IMG/VR virus record: IMGVR_UViG_3300046008_000478
Location: 15,246 to 79,245 of that record
Reading direction: 5' to 3' (one strand)
From: a virus
Length of the DNA stretch: 64,000 bases
Below, one piece after another: positions 28,991 through 41,700 of this stretch. Each line of letters begins with the position of its first letter. Position 1 is the stretch's first letter. The translations under genes were made by a program, and so were the position numbers. Below the pieces are notes generated by a model that worked only from the letters and a program-made list of their open reading frames with translations, had not been told where the DNA came from and did not search any database.

Positions 28991-29413
28991 ATGCTGAACT
29001 ATCAATTCGACCCGGTATTTTCGTTTGTTCAATCGCGCATTCCAGGACTGGTGAGATCGCCAGGCATGTCCGCTATTGGCCTTGAGCGCAATGGATCGAT
29101 TGTTGCTGGCGCAGTCTACGAGGGCTTCAACGGGAAGAACATGTGGGTTCACCTTGCAGGCTTGCCTGGTCGGTCCTGGTTGAATCGCGAGTTTCTGCAT
29201 GCTGGGTTCTGCTACCCATTTATTCAATGCGGAGTCCAGCGACTGAGTGGCTATGTGAACGCCAGTAACACTGAGGCTAGGCGCTTTGATGAGCACGTCG
29301 GCTTCCGCGAGGAGGCGCGTTTGCGTGGCGCAGCCCCCGATGGTGGCGATGTGATTATTTATGTGATGCAAAAAGAGGATTGCCAGTTTCTCGGCAAGGT
29401 AAAAATATGTTAA
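28991..29413 (+). CDS. GNAT-fold virion assembly protein
   Basis: F.YPF.Q.G..RL...V.ASN......E..GF..E. Confidence 0.8.
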   Translation: MLNYQFDPVFSFVQSRIPGLVRSPGMSAIGLERNGSIVAGAVYEGFNGKNMWVHLAGLPGRSWLNREFLHAGFCYPFIQCGVQRLSGYVNASNTEARRFDEHVGFREEARLRGAAPDGGDVIIYVMQKEDCQFLGKVKIC

Positions 29414-30588
29414 TTCCAAGTAAGCACTGCGGCTACCAGGCTAGCATTCGTCTGTACCCCGGAAGCGGGAAGGGTGGCGGCGGAGGCTCCGCTCCAGCTC
29501 CAGACCCAGCCTTGATTGCGGCGCAAATTCGCTCCATGGGGATCCAGGACGAGGCGATCAAGACAGTGGTGGCCAACTCAAATGAGATGCTTCCTTTGCA
29601 AAAGGAGCAGACGAAGTTTGGCCTTGAATCTGCAAAGACCGCCTACCAGCAATCACAGGATGACCGCGGTTGGGCGCTTGCTCGCCGCGGAGAGATGACT
29701 GGCGTCCAAGATGGAATGATCAAGGATGCCGCCGACTTCAATGCGGATGGCCGCCAGGAGCAGTTGGCTCAGAAGGCCGGAGAAGATGTCGCTGGGGCAA
29801 TAAGTACATCCCAAGGGCAGTTGACACGGACACTGGCATCCCGCGGAATCAATGCCAATTCAGGTGCCGCGCTAACCGCCATGAATGGGTCTGCATTAAC
29901 CGGAGCAATGGCTGGCGCCAGTGCTGTAAACAACACCCGAGAGGCTGCGCGCAAAGAGGGTTACGGCCTATCCGACCGGGCGAACAGTGCCCTGGCTGGG
30001 TATTCCACCCAGGCATCCGCATCGTCCGGTGCAGGCGCTGGGTTCGGAGCTTCCGGCGTAGCTACGGCAAATGCAGGGGCGACCGGAATGAATGCTGGAT
30101 TTGGAACGGCCGGAGGAATGGCTGGGCAAATGGGATCCAATGCCGCTGGTATGTACGGAACCCAGGCCAACTACTCCATCGCACAGAATCAAGCGAACAA
30201 CCAGCCAGACCCCATGATGCAACTCATGGGTGGCGCGGCCATGAAGTACGCCATGTCCTCCGACGTCAACCAAAAGGAATCTATCTGCGCTACTGAGCCT
30301 GGATCAGCCCTGGAGGCGGTCAAAGCCCTGCCTGTGAGCGAGTGGCAGTACAAGGAAGATAGCCCAGCTAATGACGGAGGCAAGCGCCACACCGGACCCA
30401 TGGCCCAGGACGTGCAGCGCGTCGTTGGAGAGAAGGCAGCCCCGGGCGGCAAGATGATTGACTTGATCAGCCTGAATGGGCTGAACATGGCAGCCACCAA
30501 AGATCTGAACCAAAAAGTTGAGCAACTCACCCATCAGGTCAAGCGCCTGTCTGTAGGTGGCGTGCACCGAAAGGAATCCAATGTCTAG
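29407..30588 (+). CDS. Ejection/pilot protein with C-terminal Peptidase S74 (autocleaving chaperone) domain
   Basis: GKGGGG.AP.PDP N-terminus; SD...K..I, W.YK, GPMAQD. Confidence 0.8.
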   Translation: MLIPSKHCGYQASIRLYPGSGKGGGGGSAPAPDPALIAAQIRSMGIQDEAIKTVVANSNEMLPLQKEQTKFGLESAKTAYQQSQDDRGWALARRGEMTGVQDGMIKDAADFNADGRQEQLAQKAGEDVAGAISTSQGQLTRTLASRGINANSGAALTAMNGSALTGAMAGASAVNNTREAARKEGYGLSDRANSALAGYSTQASASSGAGAGFGASGVATANAGATGMNAGFGTAGGMAGQMGSNAAGMYGTQANYSIAQNQANNQPDPMMQLMGGAAMKYAMSSDVNQKESICATEPGSALEAVKALPVSEWQYKEDSPANDGGKRHTGPMAQDVQRVVGEKAAPGGKMIDLISLNGLNMAATKDLNQKVEQLTHQVKRLSVGGVHRKESNV

Positions 30589-31033
30589 GGCACTGTTGAA
30601 TATTGCCGGGATTACTGCAGCCATGATGGCTGGTCGCGGAGACCGAGAGCGACAAGCCAGCGACCGGGCCGCCTGGCGCGCGCGCATGGGTATGAAGCCC
30701 GAAGAAGAGCAAAAGGCACCCATCGACCGATTGACTGATTGGGTTGGGTCCAAGGCGAGCAGCATGCTCAAGCCAGCCGAGGCGGCCGCAAGCACGCCGC
30801 CATCACCTGCTGCTGTACAGGATGCGCCAACAGTCGAAAGCACCCGGCAGACCATTGATCAGCCTGCGGTAGATGACTTGGCTGAGTCGACTCGGCAGCA
30901 GTCCGAAGCCGCAAGCAACTCCCAATTCGAGAGTGATAAAGATATCCCGGCCGGCGGTGCATTTACGACTGACCAGTGGGACAAAGCCCCTGATATGTAC
31001 CCAAGTAGCCAAATGCTCGATGAGCAGCAATAG
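30581..31033 (+). CDS. Internal virion protein
   Basis: RBS AAGGA; Cys-free; position. Confidence 0.6.
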   Translation: MSRALLNIAGITAAMMAGRGDRERQASDRAAWRARMGMKPEEEQKAPIDRLTDWVGSKASSMLKPAEAAASTPPSPAAVQDAPTVESTRQTIDQPAVDDLAESTRQQSEAASNSQFESDKDIPAGGAFTTDQWDKAPDMYPSSQMLDEQQ

Positions 31034-31041
31034 GAAACACC

Positions 31042-32655
31042 ATGGCTGATGCACTGACAAGTTTTATGGGCGGCCTGGCCGGCGGCTACATCAATGAATC
31101 CAATCGCCGCGAGGACCGTGAGCGCACCGATCGGCTGGACGCCATGCGCGAGCAGGAGTTTATGCTGCGCAAGCAAGGCCTTGAGGGAGACCTCAAAGAC
31201 AAGGAGCAGGCCAGGTCTGATGCAGCCGATCTCCGCAAGGAGGGGCAGGATGTTGCTACAACCGATGTTTGGTCCAGCGATATGTCCGGCATGCCTCCAG
31301 AGGAAAGGCAGGCCATGGCTGAAAAGATGTCGAGCGGAGAGATGGGTCCGGCCAATGGAGTAGAGGTTGGGTCGGGCTCGGAGCGCAAGTCCTTCCTGAA
31401 AAACGAGGGAGGCATTGCAGATGCGAAGTCATACGCCTCCTCGCTCAATGACCCTGGCGCCAAGTCAGACCGCGTCACCAGGATGTTGCGTTTGCAAGGA
31501 AAGTACAAAGAAGCCGACGCCAACGAGCTTGGGATCCAGGACCATAAAAAAGCCATGTACAACGCTGGACGCGATGCTATTTGGCGCGGCATTTCTCCGT
31601 TCATCTTGAATGGCGATGATGCCAAACTGATTGATGCCTACGGCCATTACAAGGATGGCAACACAATCCAAATCAAGCGCAATGAAGCGGGTGGCGGCGA
31701 GTTGTTTCAACTCGGATCCAAAGGCGAGCCCATTGGATCTTACAAATTTGCAGACAACGCGGATCTTGCGGGCAAGGTGCGCGATGCTCTGTACCCAGAA
31801 GAGGCTCTTTCGCGCGTCAATGCGGGCAAGGTTGCTGGCGCCAAGCATGCCGCGGCTCTTGAGTTGCAAGGCGTCAAGAACCAAGGAACTCAGACTGCAG
31901 CTGCAATCAGGGCCAATGGGCAGATAGCGCTTGGTAGCCTGCGCGCAAGCAGCGGAGGATCATCTGGCGGGCGAGGCAAGGCTGCGGCAGGGCCGGAGAC
32001 TCCAGAGTCCATCATGTCAGGGATCATCACGACATCCAACAAAGATGCGGATGGGGCGTCCAAAATGTCGCCTGAGCAATCCGGATCTGCGATTGAGTTT
32101 GGGTCGCGGTTTTTAGCCAATAACCCAGGACTTCATCCATCACTGGCGGCTAGTGCAGCCATTGCGCAAGCCAGAAATCCGCAGCCACTGCTGCGTGCTT
32201 TTGATGCGGATACATGGACAATCAAACCCGCCATTCAGGAGCTCGTCAATGGCAAAAAGCTGTTTGCTGGTGGATCACTTGCTCCGCAAGAAGCTGACAA
32301 ATCCGTCTACGCAAATGGCATTCAGTCATCGCTGGATGCAATGAAGCCGGAAGACAGGGGGATGTACCTGCGAGCAGCCAATGGCGACAAGCCGACAGCC
32401 ACGCTCATGCACAACAGCTTGGTCAACAAAAAGGTTGCAGCCATCCAGGCGGACCCGAGGTTTACCAATACGCCGGCAGCAACCATTCGGGACTTGGCAA
32501 TCAGAGAGGTGGACAACCACCTGGAAGGCCGATATGCACTCATCCGCAGGTATCAGTCCGGGATGCTGCTGAAGCCGGCTGGCTACCAGGCCCCGGCCGC
32601 ACCTCCGATTAAGCACCAATTTACACCTGACGACATCCACCTTCCAAATGAGTGA
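31042..32655 (+). CDS. Ejection protein (Cys-free)
   Basis: SFMGGLAGGY N-terminus; helical; 537 aa with no Cys. Confidence 0.7.
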   Translation: MADALTSFMGGLAGGYINESNRREDRERTDRLDAMREQEFMLRKQGLEGDLKDKEQARSDAADLRKEGQDVATTDVWSSDMSGMPPEERQAMAEKMSSGEMGPANGVEVGSGSERKSFLKNEGGIADAKSYASSLNDPGAKSDRVTRMLRLQGKYKEADANELGIQDHKKAMYNAGRDAIWRGISPFILNGDDAKLIDAYGHYKDGNTIQIKRNEAGGGELFQLGSKGEPIGSYKFADNADLAGKVRDALYPEEALSRVNAGKVAGAKHAAALELQGVKNQGTQTAAAIRANGQIALGSLRASSGGSSGGRGKAAAGPETPESIMSGIITTSNKDADGASKMSPEQSGSAIEFGSRFLANNPGLHPSLAASAAIAQARNPQPLLRAFDADTWTIKPAIQELVNGKKLFAGGSLAPQEADKSVYANGIQSSLDAMKPEDRGMYLRAANGDKPTATLMHNSLVNKKVAAIQADPRFTNTPAATIRDLAIREVDNHLEGRYALIRRYQSGMLLKPAGYQAPAAPPIKHQFTPDDIHLPNE

Positions 32656-32738
32656 TGGCCGCAGGGCTGCCAGCCCTGTCTGCGGATTATTGTGGTTAAA
32701 GCCTGAATCCATTCAGCAATAAATATCAGAACCAAAAC

Positions 32739-35700
32739 ATGAGCATCCTCGACAACACTGCCATTGAACAACAGCTACTGGCCATGGGCGAGAAAAAGTC
32801 CGCCGGAGATGCGCCAGCCGCGCCCAGGTCCGACAGCGCAGCCAGCGGGCCACAAGCTTTTGTTCAGCGGTATGCAGACCTTGCCGCAACCACCGGGGCA
32901 AAGCTCGGTGTGGCGCCAGAAGTTCTGCTTGGTCAATGGGGGCTGGAGACAGGCTGGGGCAAGAGCATCATCCCGGGAACCAACAACCTGGGCAACATCA
33001 AGGGTAAGAATGGCCCCATGGCCACCGACAACCAAACTGGCTCGCGTGACTCCTACCGGGCGTATAAGGACGACGCTGATTTTGGCAATGGCTTCACTGC
33101 ATTTATCGGAAACTCAGAGCGCTACCAGGGCGCCCTGAATTCAGGCGCAGATGCTGGCGCGTACTTCTCTGCCCTCAAGAAAGGTGGCTACGCAGAAGAC
33201 CCCGCCTACGTGCAAAAGGGTGTAAGCGCAACTCGTCTTGCGTCACAATTCCTGGGTGGGCGTGCTCTACCTGCAGGGCAGGTGAGTGCAACGGAGGCGC
33301 CAACCGAGGCTCCGCAGTACCACTGGGGTGCACAAGATGGTCCAACGCGCACCGTTGCCACTAAGCCAGCCAGCTTCGCTGAAAAGGCGGCAGACACCGC
33401 TATTTCCCTGGGATCTGGGTTGCTTGGTGGCGCCAAGAGTTTGACGGATGTATTTGGCGCAGACAACTCCGCATCACAATTTCTTGGCGAGCAATCCAAG
33501 AATGTTGACGGTTACACATCGGATGAGCGCAAAGCGGAGCGCGCAGCCAGTCAGGAAAAGATCAAGCAAGCTGAGCTGTACGGTTCTGCATGGGATGAGA
33601 TCAAGGCCAACATCAGTGCATTTGCAGATGCCCCCATTGACATCGTAGTGGGCGCGGTTGGATCCAGTGCCCCAACCCTGTTGAGCATGTTCATTCCGGG
33701 GCTTGGTCAAACTGCTGCTGCACGCCTGGTGATGGGCGGGATTATGGGTGCCGCACAGGGGACTGGCGCTGGCAAAGGCAGCATCTACGAGGCTGTGGAA
33801 AATAAGCTGCTGGAGTCCGGCATCGACCAGGACACAGCAAAGAAAACAGCGGCGGCAGCGCAAGCATACGACGGCCAGAATGGCGGAATGATCGCAGCCA
33901 ACGGAATCATGGGCACCATCGCTGGACTGACTGGTGTCGAGGGCTCGCTCGCCAAAATACTGGGAAAGAAGGTCGCAGAAGGCGCCGCAGAAAAAGCAGC
34001 CCCTGGACTGATTAAAACTTTTGCTAAGGGTATTGCGCAGGAGTCCCCAATAGAAGGTGCCCAAGGCGGCCTTGAGCGAGTCTCTGGGAATGTTGCTCTG
34101 CAAAACCAAGGGTACGACACTCCAACATTCCAAGGGGCTGCCGGACAGGCGGCTATGGAAAGCTTGGCATCCGCACCAATGGGTGGCGGCTTTGCTTTGC
34201 TGAGTCGCAACGGCCAGCCAGCCGGCCCAATCACACCACCCAATCCACTGGAGGAGGCAGCCAAGGCGCCTGGCGCTGTACTGTCGCGCGCAGCCATTGC
34301 GCCGGATGACATCGCCCAGCGCGCCCATGAGATTGAAGGCGAACTCAAAGACAGCGGCGGCATGCAGGCCCTGCGCTCCATTGGTGCACAACACGTTGCC
34401 CCATTCCTAGAGGCCCTGTCGATTGCCAAGGACAAGCGCCTGCCGGCAGCCGCGCGCCAGGAAGCACTGGACACCATCAACCTGGGCATGCAGTGGATGG
34501 CTGACGGCAAGACCGCGGACCAGCCAGGCAATGGATCTCCATTCAGCACCAGCTTGGTGACGCAGTCAGCACCCACTCAGCCGGGCACGGACCTAGCCAC
34601 CACAGCGGGCGGAGCCCTGACCAATCCTGGCATGCCGCAGGCTTTCGATCCCAACACGATCGATGGCGAGGTCACGCGCGTGGACAACATGCTGGATGGC
34701 CCCAAGGCATTGCCGGCGCCACCAGGCCCAGCACTCACCAATCAAACAACTCAGACGCCTGCACCCGCAGGCGTTTCTACTTCTGCACCACAGGAAATCA
34801 CCAATGTCACTCAAGCCCCTCAGTCCAAGCAAGCAGCGCAAGAAGGACAAGAAGCACCCGCAGCTGCCACCCCAGCAGTAGACACTGCGCGCACGCAGGT
34901 TTCGGCGCCCAAGGTATCTATACCCACTGGCAAGGGAACAGCTCAGTCACGAAAGCGCCGGGCCCAGCTCGATGCCATGGTTGTCAGCGGATTCGACACG
35001 GTGGAGCGCCGCGACGATGGCTTCTACCTGATCAACCACAAGTCCAACGAAGAGATGCGCCTGGATGGCATGGGTGACGCGCAGACTGCCCGGGTAGCCA
35101 TTAAATTCAAGATGGATGCGGACTCGCACGTAGCGCCATCATCCCCTCTGAATGACAAGAAGGCGCCTTCCGAGGCTCAGATTGAGGCCGGCAACTACCA
35201 CAAGCCAGTCACATCAATCAACGGCTTCAAGGTCCGTATTGAGAACCCCAATGGGTCAACCCGAAGCGGCACCTCGCCCGATGGCAAGAAGTGGTCCAGC
35301 ACCATGGCCGCCCACTATGGCGAGCTCGAAGGCACGCTGGGCGCAGATGGCGACAAGGTCGATGTGTTCATTGGCAGCCGCCCGGACAGCGACAAGATCT
35401 ATGTGATCGACCAGAAGAACAAGGACGGCAGCTTCGACGAGCACAAGGTGATGATGGGCTACCAAAGCCTGGAAGCCGCCAAGGCCGGCTACCTGGCCAA
35501 TTACGAAAAGGGCTGGACCGGGATGGGCGCCGTCACCGAGATGGGTGTGGCGGAGTTCAAGGCCTGGGTGAAGTCGCAAGAGGCGCTGAAGCCAGTGGCG
35601 TACACTGACCCCAAAACAACAGGGGTAGAGAATGACGAACGAGGATCTGACGCAGCAGGCGCTGGACTGGATACGCAATCGGAAGGAATCACTGGAGTCA

Positions 35701-38700
35701 GCAGCAGCACTGGAGAAGGAGTGCGGAATCCAGCTTCGACAAAGGGGGCTGGATCCACTGGATCTTCCGGAGCCACTCAGCTCGATGGTAATGAAGCTAC
35801 TGTCGCAAGAAACGCAGAGCTCCTAGCTCGGGTACGAAGCGCTATTGAGGGGCTGCGCGCTCGGTATCAGGCGCAGCTCTCCGTCGCAAGTACCGATGCG
35901 GAGCGTAAAAAACTCCTGCACGAAATATCTCGACTCCCCGATGTAAACGACCCTAGTGGAGAGTTGCTTCAGGGGTACTCAAATGTTGCCTCTGCATGGG
36001 AGCGCGCTTTTGGTCAATCCGTTGGTGCTTATGTAGACGGAAGGTCGTCGGCAGACGATGGCTTCCAGATGGGAAGCGATGCACTCGTAAACCTGCTTAA
36101 CCAACAGATGCCATTGCAGTGGACGATGGCCCATGAATTCAAGCACTTGAGCGAGTTTGTGCCGAGCCTGAAGAAGCTGTACGACAGAATTTTCAGCCTC
36201 ATCCCACAGGGTGCGCGGTCAGAATACCTTAGCTATCTGCACCGTACAGGCCAGGCGTCCACCAAATCTCTCGATGCGGCCACTGCCGCGGATATCGCCA
36301 AGCTGCGCCAAGAGATGGTTGCAGACTTCCTTGGGCAGCGCTTTACCGACAAGGCTTGGCTTGAGCAGCTTGCAAAGCAAAAGCCAAATCTTTTTGGTGA
36401 GTTTGTCCGCGACTGGTTGAGCATACTCAACAACGCCATACACGAGCTTATTTCCGCACTGTCAAAGGGGAATAACCCAAAAGACATTGACCGACTGATG
36501 CTGGGTCATCTGAAGCAGCTCCAGGAGATGAAACTACTGGCGGTTGATGTGGCTACAGAGTGGGCAGAGCGCAACCCAAGGATGTCAAAGAGCACAGGCG
36601 CAAGCGAAATACTGCATAGCTCCCGCATCGACTCCATCAACGAGCTCGGCAACCTCAACCTGGACGCCATGTCTATCGATGAAGACCTGGACATGGTCGA
36701 GTTCCTGAAGGCGCAGGCGGAGTTTGATGCACAGCGGCCAGCAGCCAAGGTCGATCCCAAGCGCGGCGGGCCGGTGCAGCCGCGCGCGGATATTGCCGAT
36801 GCCGAGATCCAGGCGCATGGCCTGGCGGCCGAGGATGCTTATGGCGACGCGACCTGGGTGCATACCCACAAGTCAGCCGTCATGCTGAACACCACGGCCC
36901 GCAACCTGTACAAGCAGGGCGACGAGTCCCGCATCGATCTGCTGCAAGAGCAAGACGGCAAGTGGGGCACCGAGGGTGGCATCCGCGGCACCTGGGTCGG
37001 CAATGACGGCATGTCTACCGGCGGAACTACCAGCCTGAAGATGGCTCAGAAATTCGTCAGCCGATTCATTGCGTCCAAGGATTTATTCGCACGCAAATTT
37101 GACATTGCGCAGACTTACTCCAGCGCATCCAGGGCCAACCTGCTGAATGCCTGGAATGCCTTGAACAAGATGGATGGCGTGCGCAAGTATGCCAAGGCCG
37201 ACAAGACAGCCATGTCCATGAAGGACATCGCGACCCAGTTGGGTGTGACGAAGTTCTATGACGTGTCCACCTTCACTGAGCGCCAAAGCCCAACCGAATC
37301 ATTCCTGATGGTTGAATTCACCAACAAGGAGACGAGCGAAACCCAAGAAGCCAACCTGACCATCGAGAAGGATGGCGACCAGCGCTTTGCCACCGCCCAC
37401 ACCGGAGCATTGAACCGCAACGGACTGGGCGGCGCCTTCTACCAGATGGCTGTGGAGTACGCTGCACGCAACCGGCTGGTGATTCGGCCTGATGATTCGC
37501 TGTCTGGCGTGAACACCTACCGGCGCACCGAGCAGATGCTGGCGTCCGCTATGCGCTCGGGAAAGTCCAACATCATGGTTCCGCATTCGGTGCAGCGGGT
37601 CTACGGATTCCAGAACGATGCCAAGACGCAAGATGAGCACGATGACAACGTAGTGCGCTTGCTGCTGGCCGGGCTGCGCAACGCACGCGAGCTGGCGCCT
37701 GAGATGGGGCTGCTGAACTACCACCCTGAAACCGACACCTTCACCCTGAAGAATGGGAAAGATGCGACCGGAATTGTGGATCGCATGCTGGCCAACGAGG
37801 ATGCTCGTGCATTTGGCCTGGGCCGCAGTACCCTGGCGCGCGCCGTGCTGACAGAGATGGCATTGCTTGGGCAGTTGGACGTCAAGTCCATCCAGTCCAT
37901 CGGAACCCCGCTCTTGTACAGCGCCCGCGAGGATGCTGAGCTGGAATACAAGCTGGTCGAGGACCAGTACAAGGGCACGCCTCAGTGGATGAAGGCGCCA
38001 GATGGCAGCCAGACACAGCTCACCCAGCGCCAATGGGTGCAGGTGCGCACGCCTCAATTCAAGGAATGGTTTGGCGACTGGGAAAAAGCCCATGCTACCG
38101 GCGGCGTCTGGGCAACAAAAGAAGATGTGTCCAAGGTCGTGGGCTCAGATGGTGAGCCTCTGGTGGTTTACCACGGGACCGACAAGGGCGGATTCATGGC
38201 GTTCAACCAGCCCGGCGGCACCAAGCGCGGCGACCTGGGAGTCTTCACGACCAGCAATGAAGGCATGGCTCGCAGCTATGTCCGCAAGGGTCGGCCGCAG
38301 GATATGACGCCACCAGTTGGGCTAGGCGACCTGGAGGAAATTGGCTACGCTTTTGAGCAAGGATTCCGGATCGATGGTGACTTCTACGATAGCGAAGAGG
38401 AGGCTCGCGATGCGGCGCAAGAGGGGGATGTGATTGCTCCAGCTGTGCGCGCCATGGATATTGATGGCTATTTTATAGATGGGCCACGGGAGACTGGTCA
38501 TTTCTTTGCAACCATGGACGATGCGGTGGAAGAGGCGCTTGGCTTGTACGACGGAGCAACCGGAATCTCCACAATTTACGCCGCCTTCGCCAACATCCGC
38601 CACCCAAATGAGACCAATTTTGAAGGCGCACTCTGGGGTGGCGAGCGACCAGAGCAGTACGTTGTATCGATTGATGGGGATCTGCAGTCGCGCGCGGATG

Positions 38701-41700
38701 GTAAGCAATACTTCACCCGAGAAGAGGCCGAGGCGTTCGCCAAAGAGCATCCCAACCCACTCTACCAGGATGACGATGGCAGTGACTACATCGAGCCAGC
38801 TCAAGACCACTACCAAACCACCGACGACGCAGTGCGCGAAGGCCTGAAGCATGGCCACGACGGCACGATCATTCGCGAGGTTATTGATGACGGCGGCGGA
38901 ATTGGCTACGACGACATGCCTTCCGATGTGTTTGTGGCCAACAAGCCAGAGCAGTTGAAGTCGGCAGACTGGAACACGGGTGAGTTTGGATCGTCGGATG
39001 ACCTGCGGTACAGCGAGAGACTCATCGAAGCATCGTCAGCGCAGCACCAAATGGAGATCGAAAGGGAGGAGAGGGAGATTGCCGCCACCACTCGATTGTC
39101 TGCCGCAGAGCAGAGCTCCATCGCCATCGAGGCTGAACTCATTGGCATACCAAAAAGCAAGCTTGAGCTTGAGGTGCGTCGTATTAAGGCGCAGTTCCCA
39201 GCATCTGCGGGCTGGGCGCCCATGGAATTCGACAAGATCAATAAAGCCGAGTACGCCAAGAGGGGCGTCCTGATAATGCGCACTGTCGAGTTCAAGAAAC
39301 AGCCTTACGATTTCCATCTTGGGCGCGATGGAAAGGACGACACGTCTACACACAACAAGCGGGTGACGTCAGTTGCCAAAGGCATAAGTGACGAGATTAT
39401 TGGACTGTCCAACAAGGCTAAACAAGGTGACAAGAACGCGCAAATCACCATGGACCAGATTGGCTGGTACAGCAAGGTAGCCGCCATGTTGCACCATCAG
39501 TTTGGCGGCTTCGCAGACTTCCTTGCTCAGCTCATGGGGCCAACCAGCGCCAATACGCCAGTGGAGGGCAATGTCAAGTACGCTATGTCCGCACTCAAGT
39601 CGGCAATGTCTGGCAAGTGGGATGGCCTCATCGCGGACACAATACGCTGGAATGAAGGCGTCATGCAAGCGGCTGCCGGATTGGATGCGGTGATCGATGC
39701 TAATCGCGCAAAACCCAAGGCAGAGCGCCTGACCGGGAAAGCTTTAGCTCAGACCGTGGAGTTCAAGGATGCCATGGCAGTAGTTGCAGCGGCCGCACCC
39801 TATCAAGGAGAGGTGCCACAGCAAGATAGCGGAGCTAAATTCGGCATGGCCACCCAGGGTGTTGTAGAAATACTGGCTGGCATTTGGAGTGACTTCCAGC
39901 GCGGTGATGCACCCAAGACCAAGAACTACTACCAAAACCTGATTGGCCGCCAGTTCACCGGCGCCACCATCGACGTCTGGGCGGCGCGCACGCTGCGCAG
40001 AATGGCTGGATTGCTGCGCCTGCCAACGTCGGCAGAGAAGGGCGTCGCTGGCAACATTGGGGCCAAGCTAACCCCGGGCGCGGAGTTTGGCTTCGGGCAG
40101 GAGGCGTTTGTTAAGGCTGCTGAAAACCTGCGCAACTCAGGCATTGAGGAATTTGCCAACACCACGCCGGCTGATGTGCAGGCGATGATTTGGTTTAGCG
40201 AGAAAGAGAGTTGGGCTCGCAGCAACTGGACCACCAAAATTGGCGAAGGCGGCTCTGCTGAAGCAGAATTCAATCTCCAGGGCAATGCCGATCGAGATGG
40301 ACTGGAGGATGCGCGTAGGATGGCTCGCAAGGGACTGCCTCACACCGGAAGCACCAAGCCAAACAAGACGGAGGAGGGCGCCCAACAAGCATCCATCAAT
40401 GCTGGCGTGGGGCAATTCCCATCCGCCCGCGAAACCCCTCAGTACAAAGAACGCCTGGCGAAAATCATCGCCAAGGCGGTGCGCGCCCGCAATGAAGCCC
40501 GCGTGCAGTTTGAGTCCATGCGCGGCGCAGCCGACCGCTGGATTGCTGGGGTGACCCCGGCCACGGACTTCACGCCAACGGACGCCACCATGGCCGAGGT
40601 TGGCGCAGAGCTGGAGTCAAAGGTTGCCATGGGCGAAGATGCCCACAAGGTCTTGGCATTCAAAGCGCTGCCGACCATGGGTCGTTACGGCTATGACGAG
40701 CGCTCCATTGACTTCGAGGGCGTCACCCGCCAAGGCTACAACGGCGTCGATATGCTGAAGCCGCTGCTTGAATTAGCCAAGGACAAGGCGCAGGATGGCC
40801 TGCTGTTTGGACGCGTCTTGCGCGCGGATGAGGATATCGACTACCTGCGGCACCGCCCTGGCCTTGAACTCTATCTGGCTAAAGGCACAACGATGGAGAA
40901 GGCGCAGCCACTGCTGGACAAGCTCACGGAACTTGGCTTCCAGCAGTTCACATTCGTGGTGGATCCAGTGCGGACCCCGGGCGCCTTATCCGGCAAGATG
41001 GGGGATGTTGTTGGCCTGCGCTACATCTTCACTCCGGAATTTGCGTTGCGCGAACCCAACCCTGAGTACGGCGGCGACCAGACTTGGGCGCCTGGAGCCT
41101 TGACCGATGACCAGATCCGGGGCAGAATGTTAGCGAAGGCTGATGAGCTGCATGGCCTCTCTGATGACCTACAAATGATTGCAGGCGTTTCCTCTGTTGA
41201 GAGGCGCCATTACGAGGCTAATGTTTATTTTTGGGGTGATTATGACAACGCAATTGCAAGACTTGGAGCGAGGGCTGGAAATAGTGACTCGGAAAAATCA
41301 TGGAGCGGACAGCCCTTACGCTCAGGGCTTGAGGGCGCAGATCGCCGCCGCGAAATGGACTCAGGCTCAGAAGACGCAAAGTCCTTCGCAGCTCGAAGAG
41401 ACGTACTTCGGGGGGACTCGGAGCCAGCCTTCAGCCGCCGGGACGAGGGATATAGCGGACGGGATGGAGCGGATGGCTCGGTCTCGATTAAAGGAGCTGT
41501 CCACTACGGACGGCAAGCAGGCCTAAGCGTACTGTCCGGGTCCTCTAGTGGGACCGGAATCAAAGGCGCAGAGCAAGACCGCTTGAGTGCACCAGGAGTA
41601 GACCCCCGCATCAAGCGCCGGGTCTATTTTTACATCCCAACATCAGTCGGAATTCCCCAGTCAGAGATTGGACTTGGGGCGCACGTCTACATGGCAGACC

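Noticed and set aside
33474-34576. Long antisense ORFs such as 33474-34394, 33785-34576 and 15893-16960
   Set aside because: Typical GC-rich shadow frames with no recognisable motifs, unlike 51769-52380
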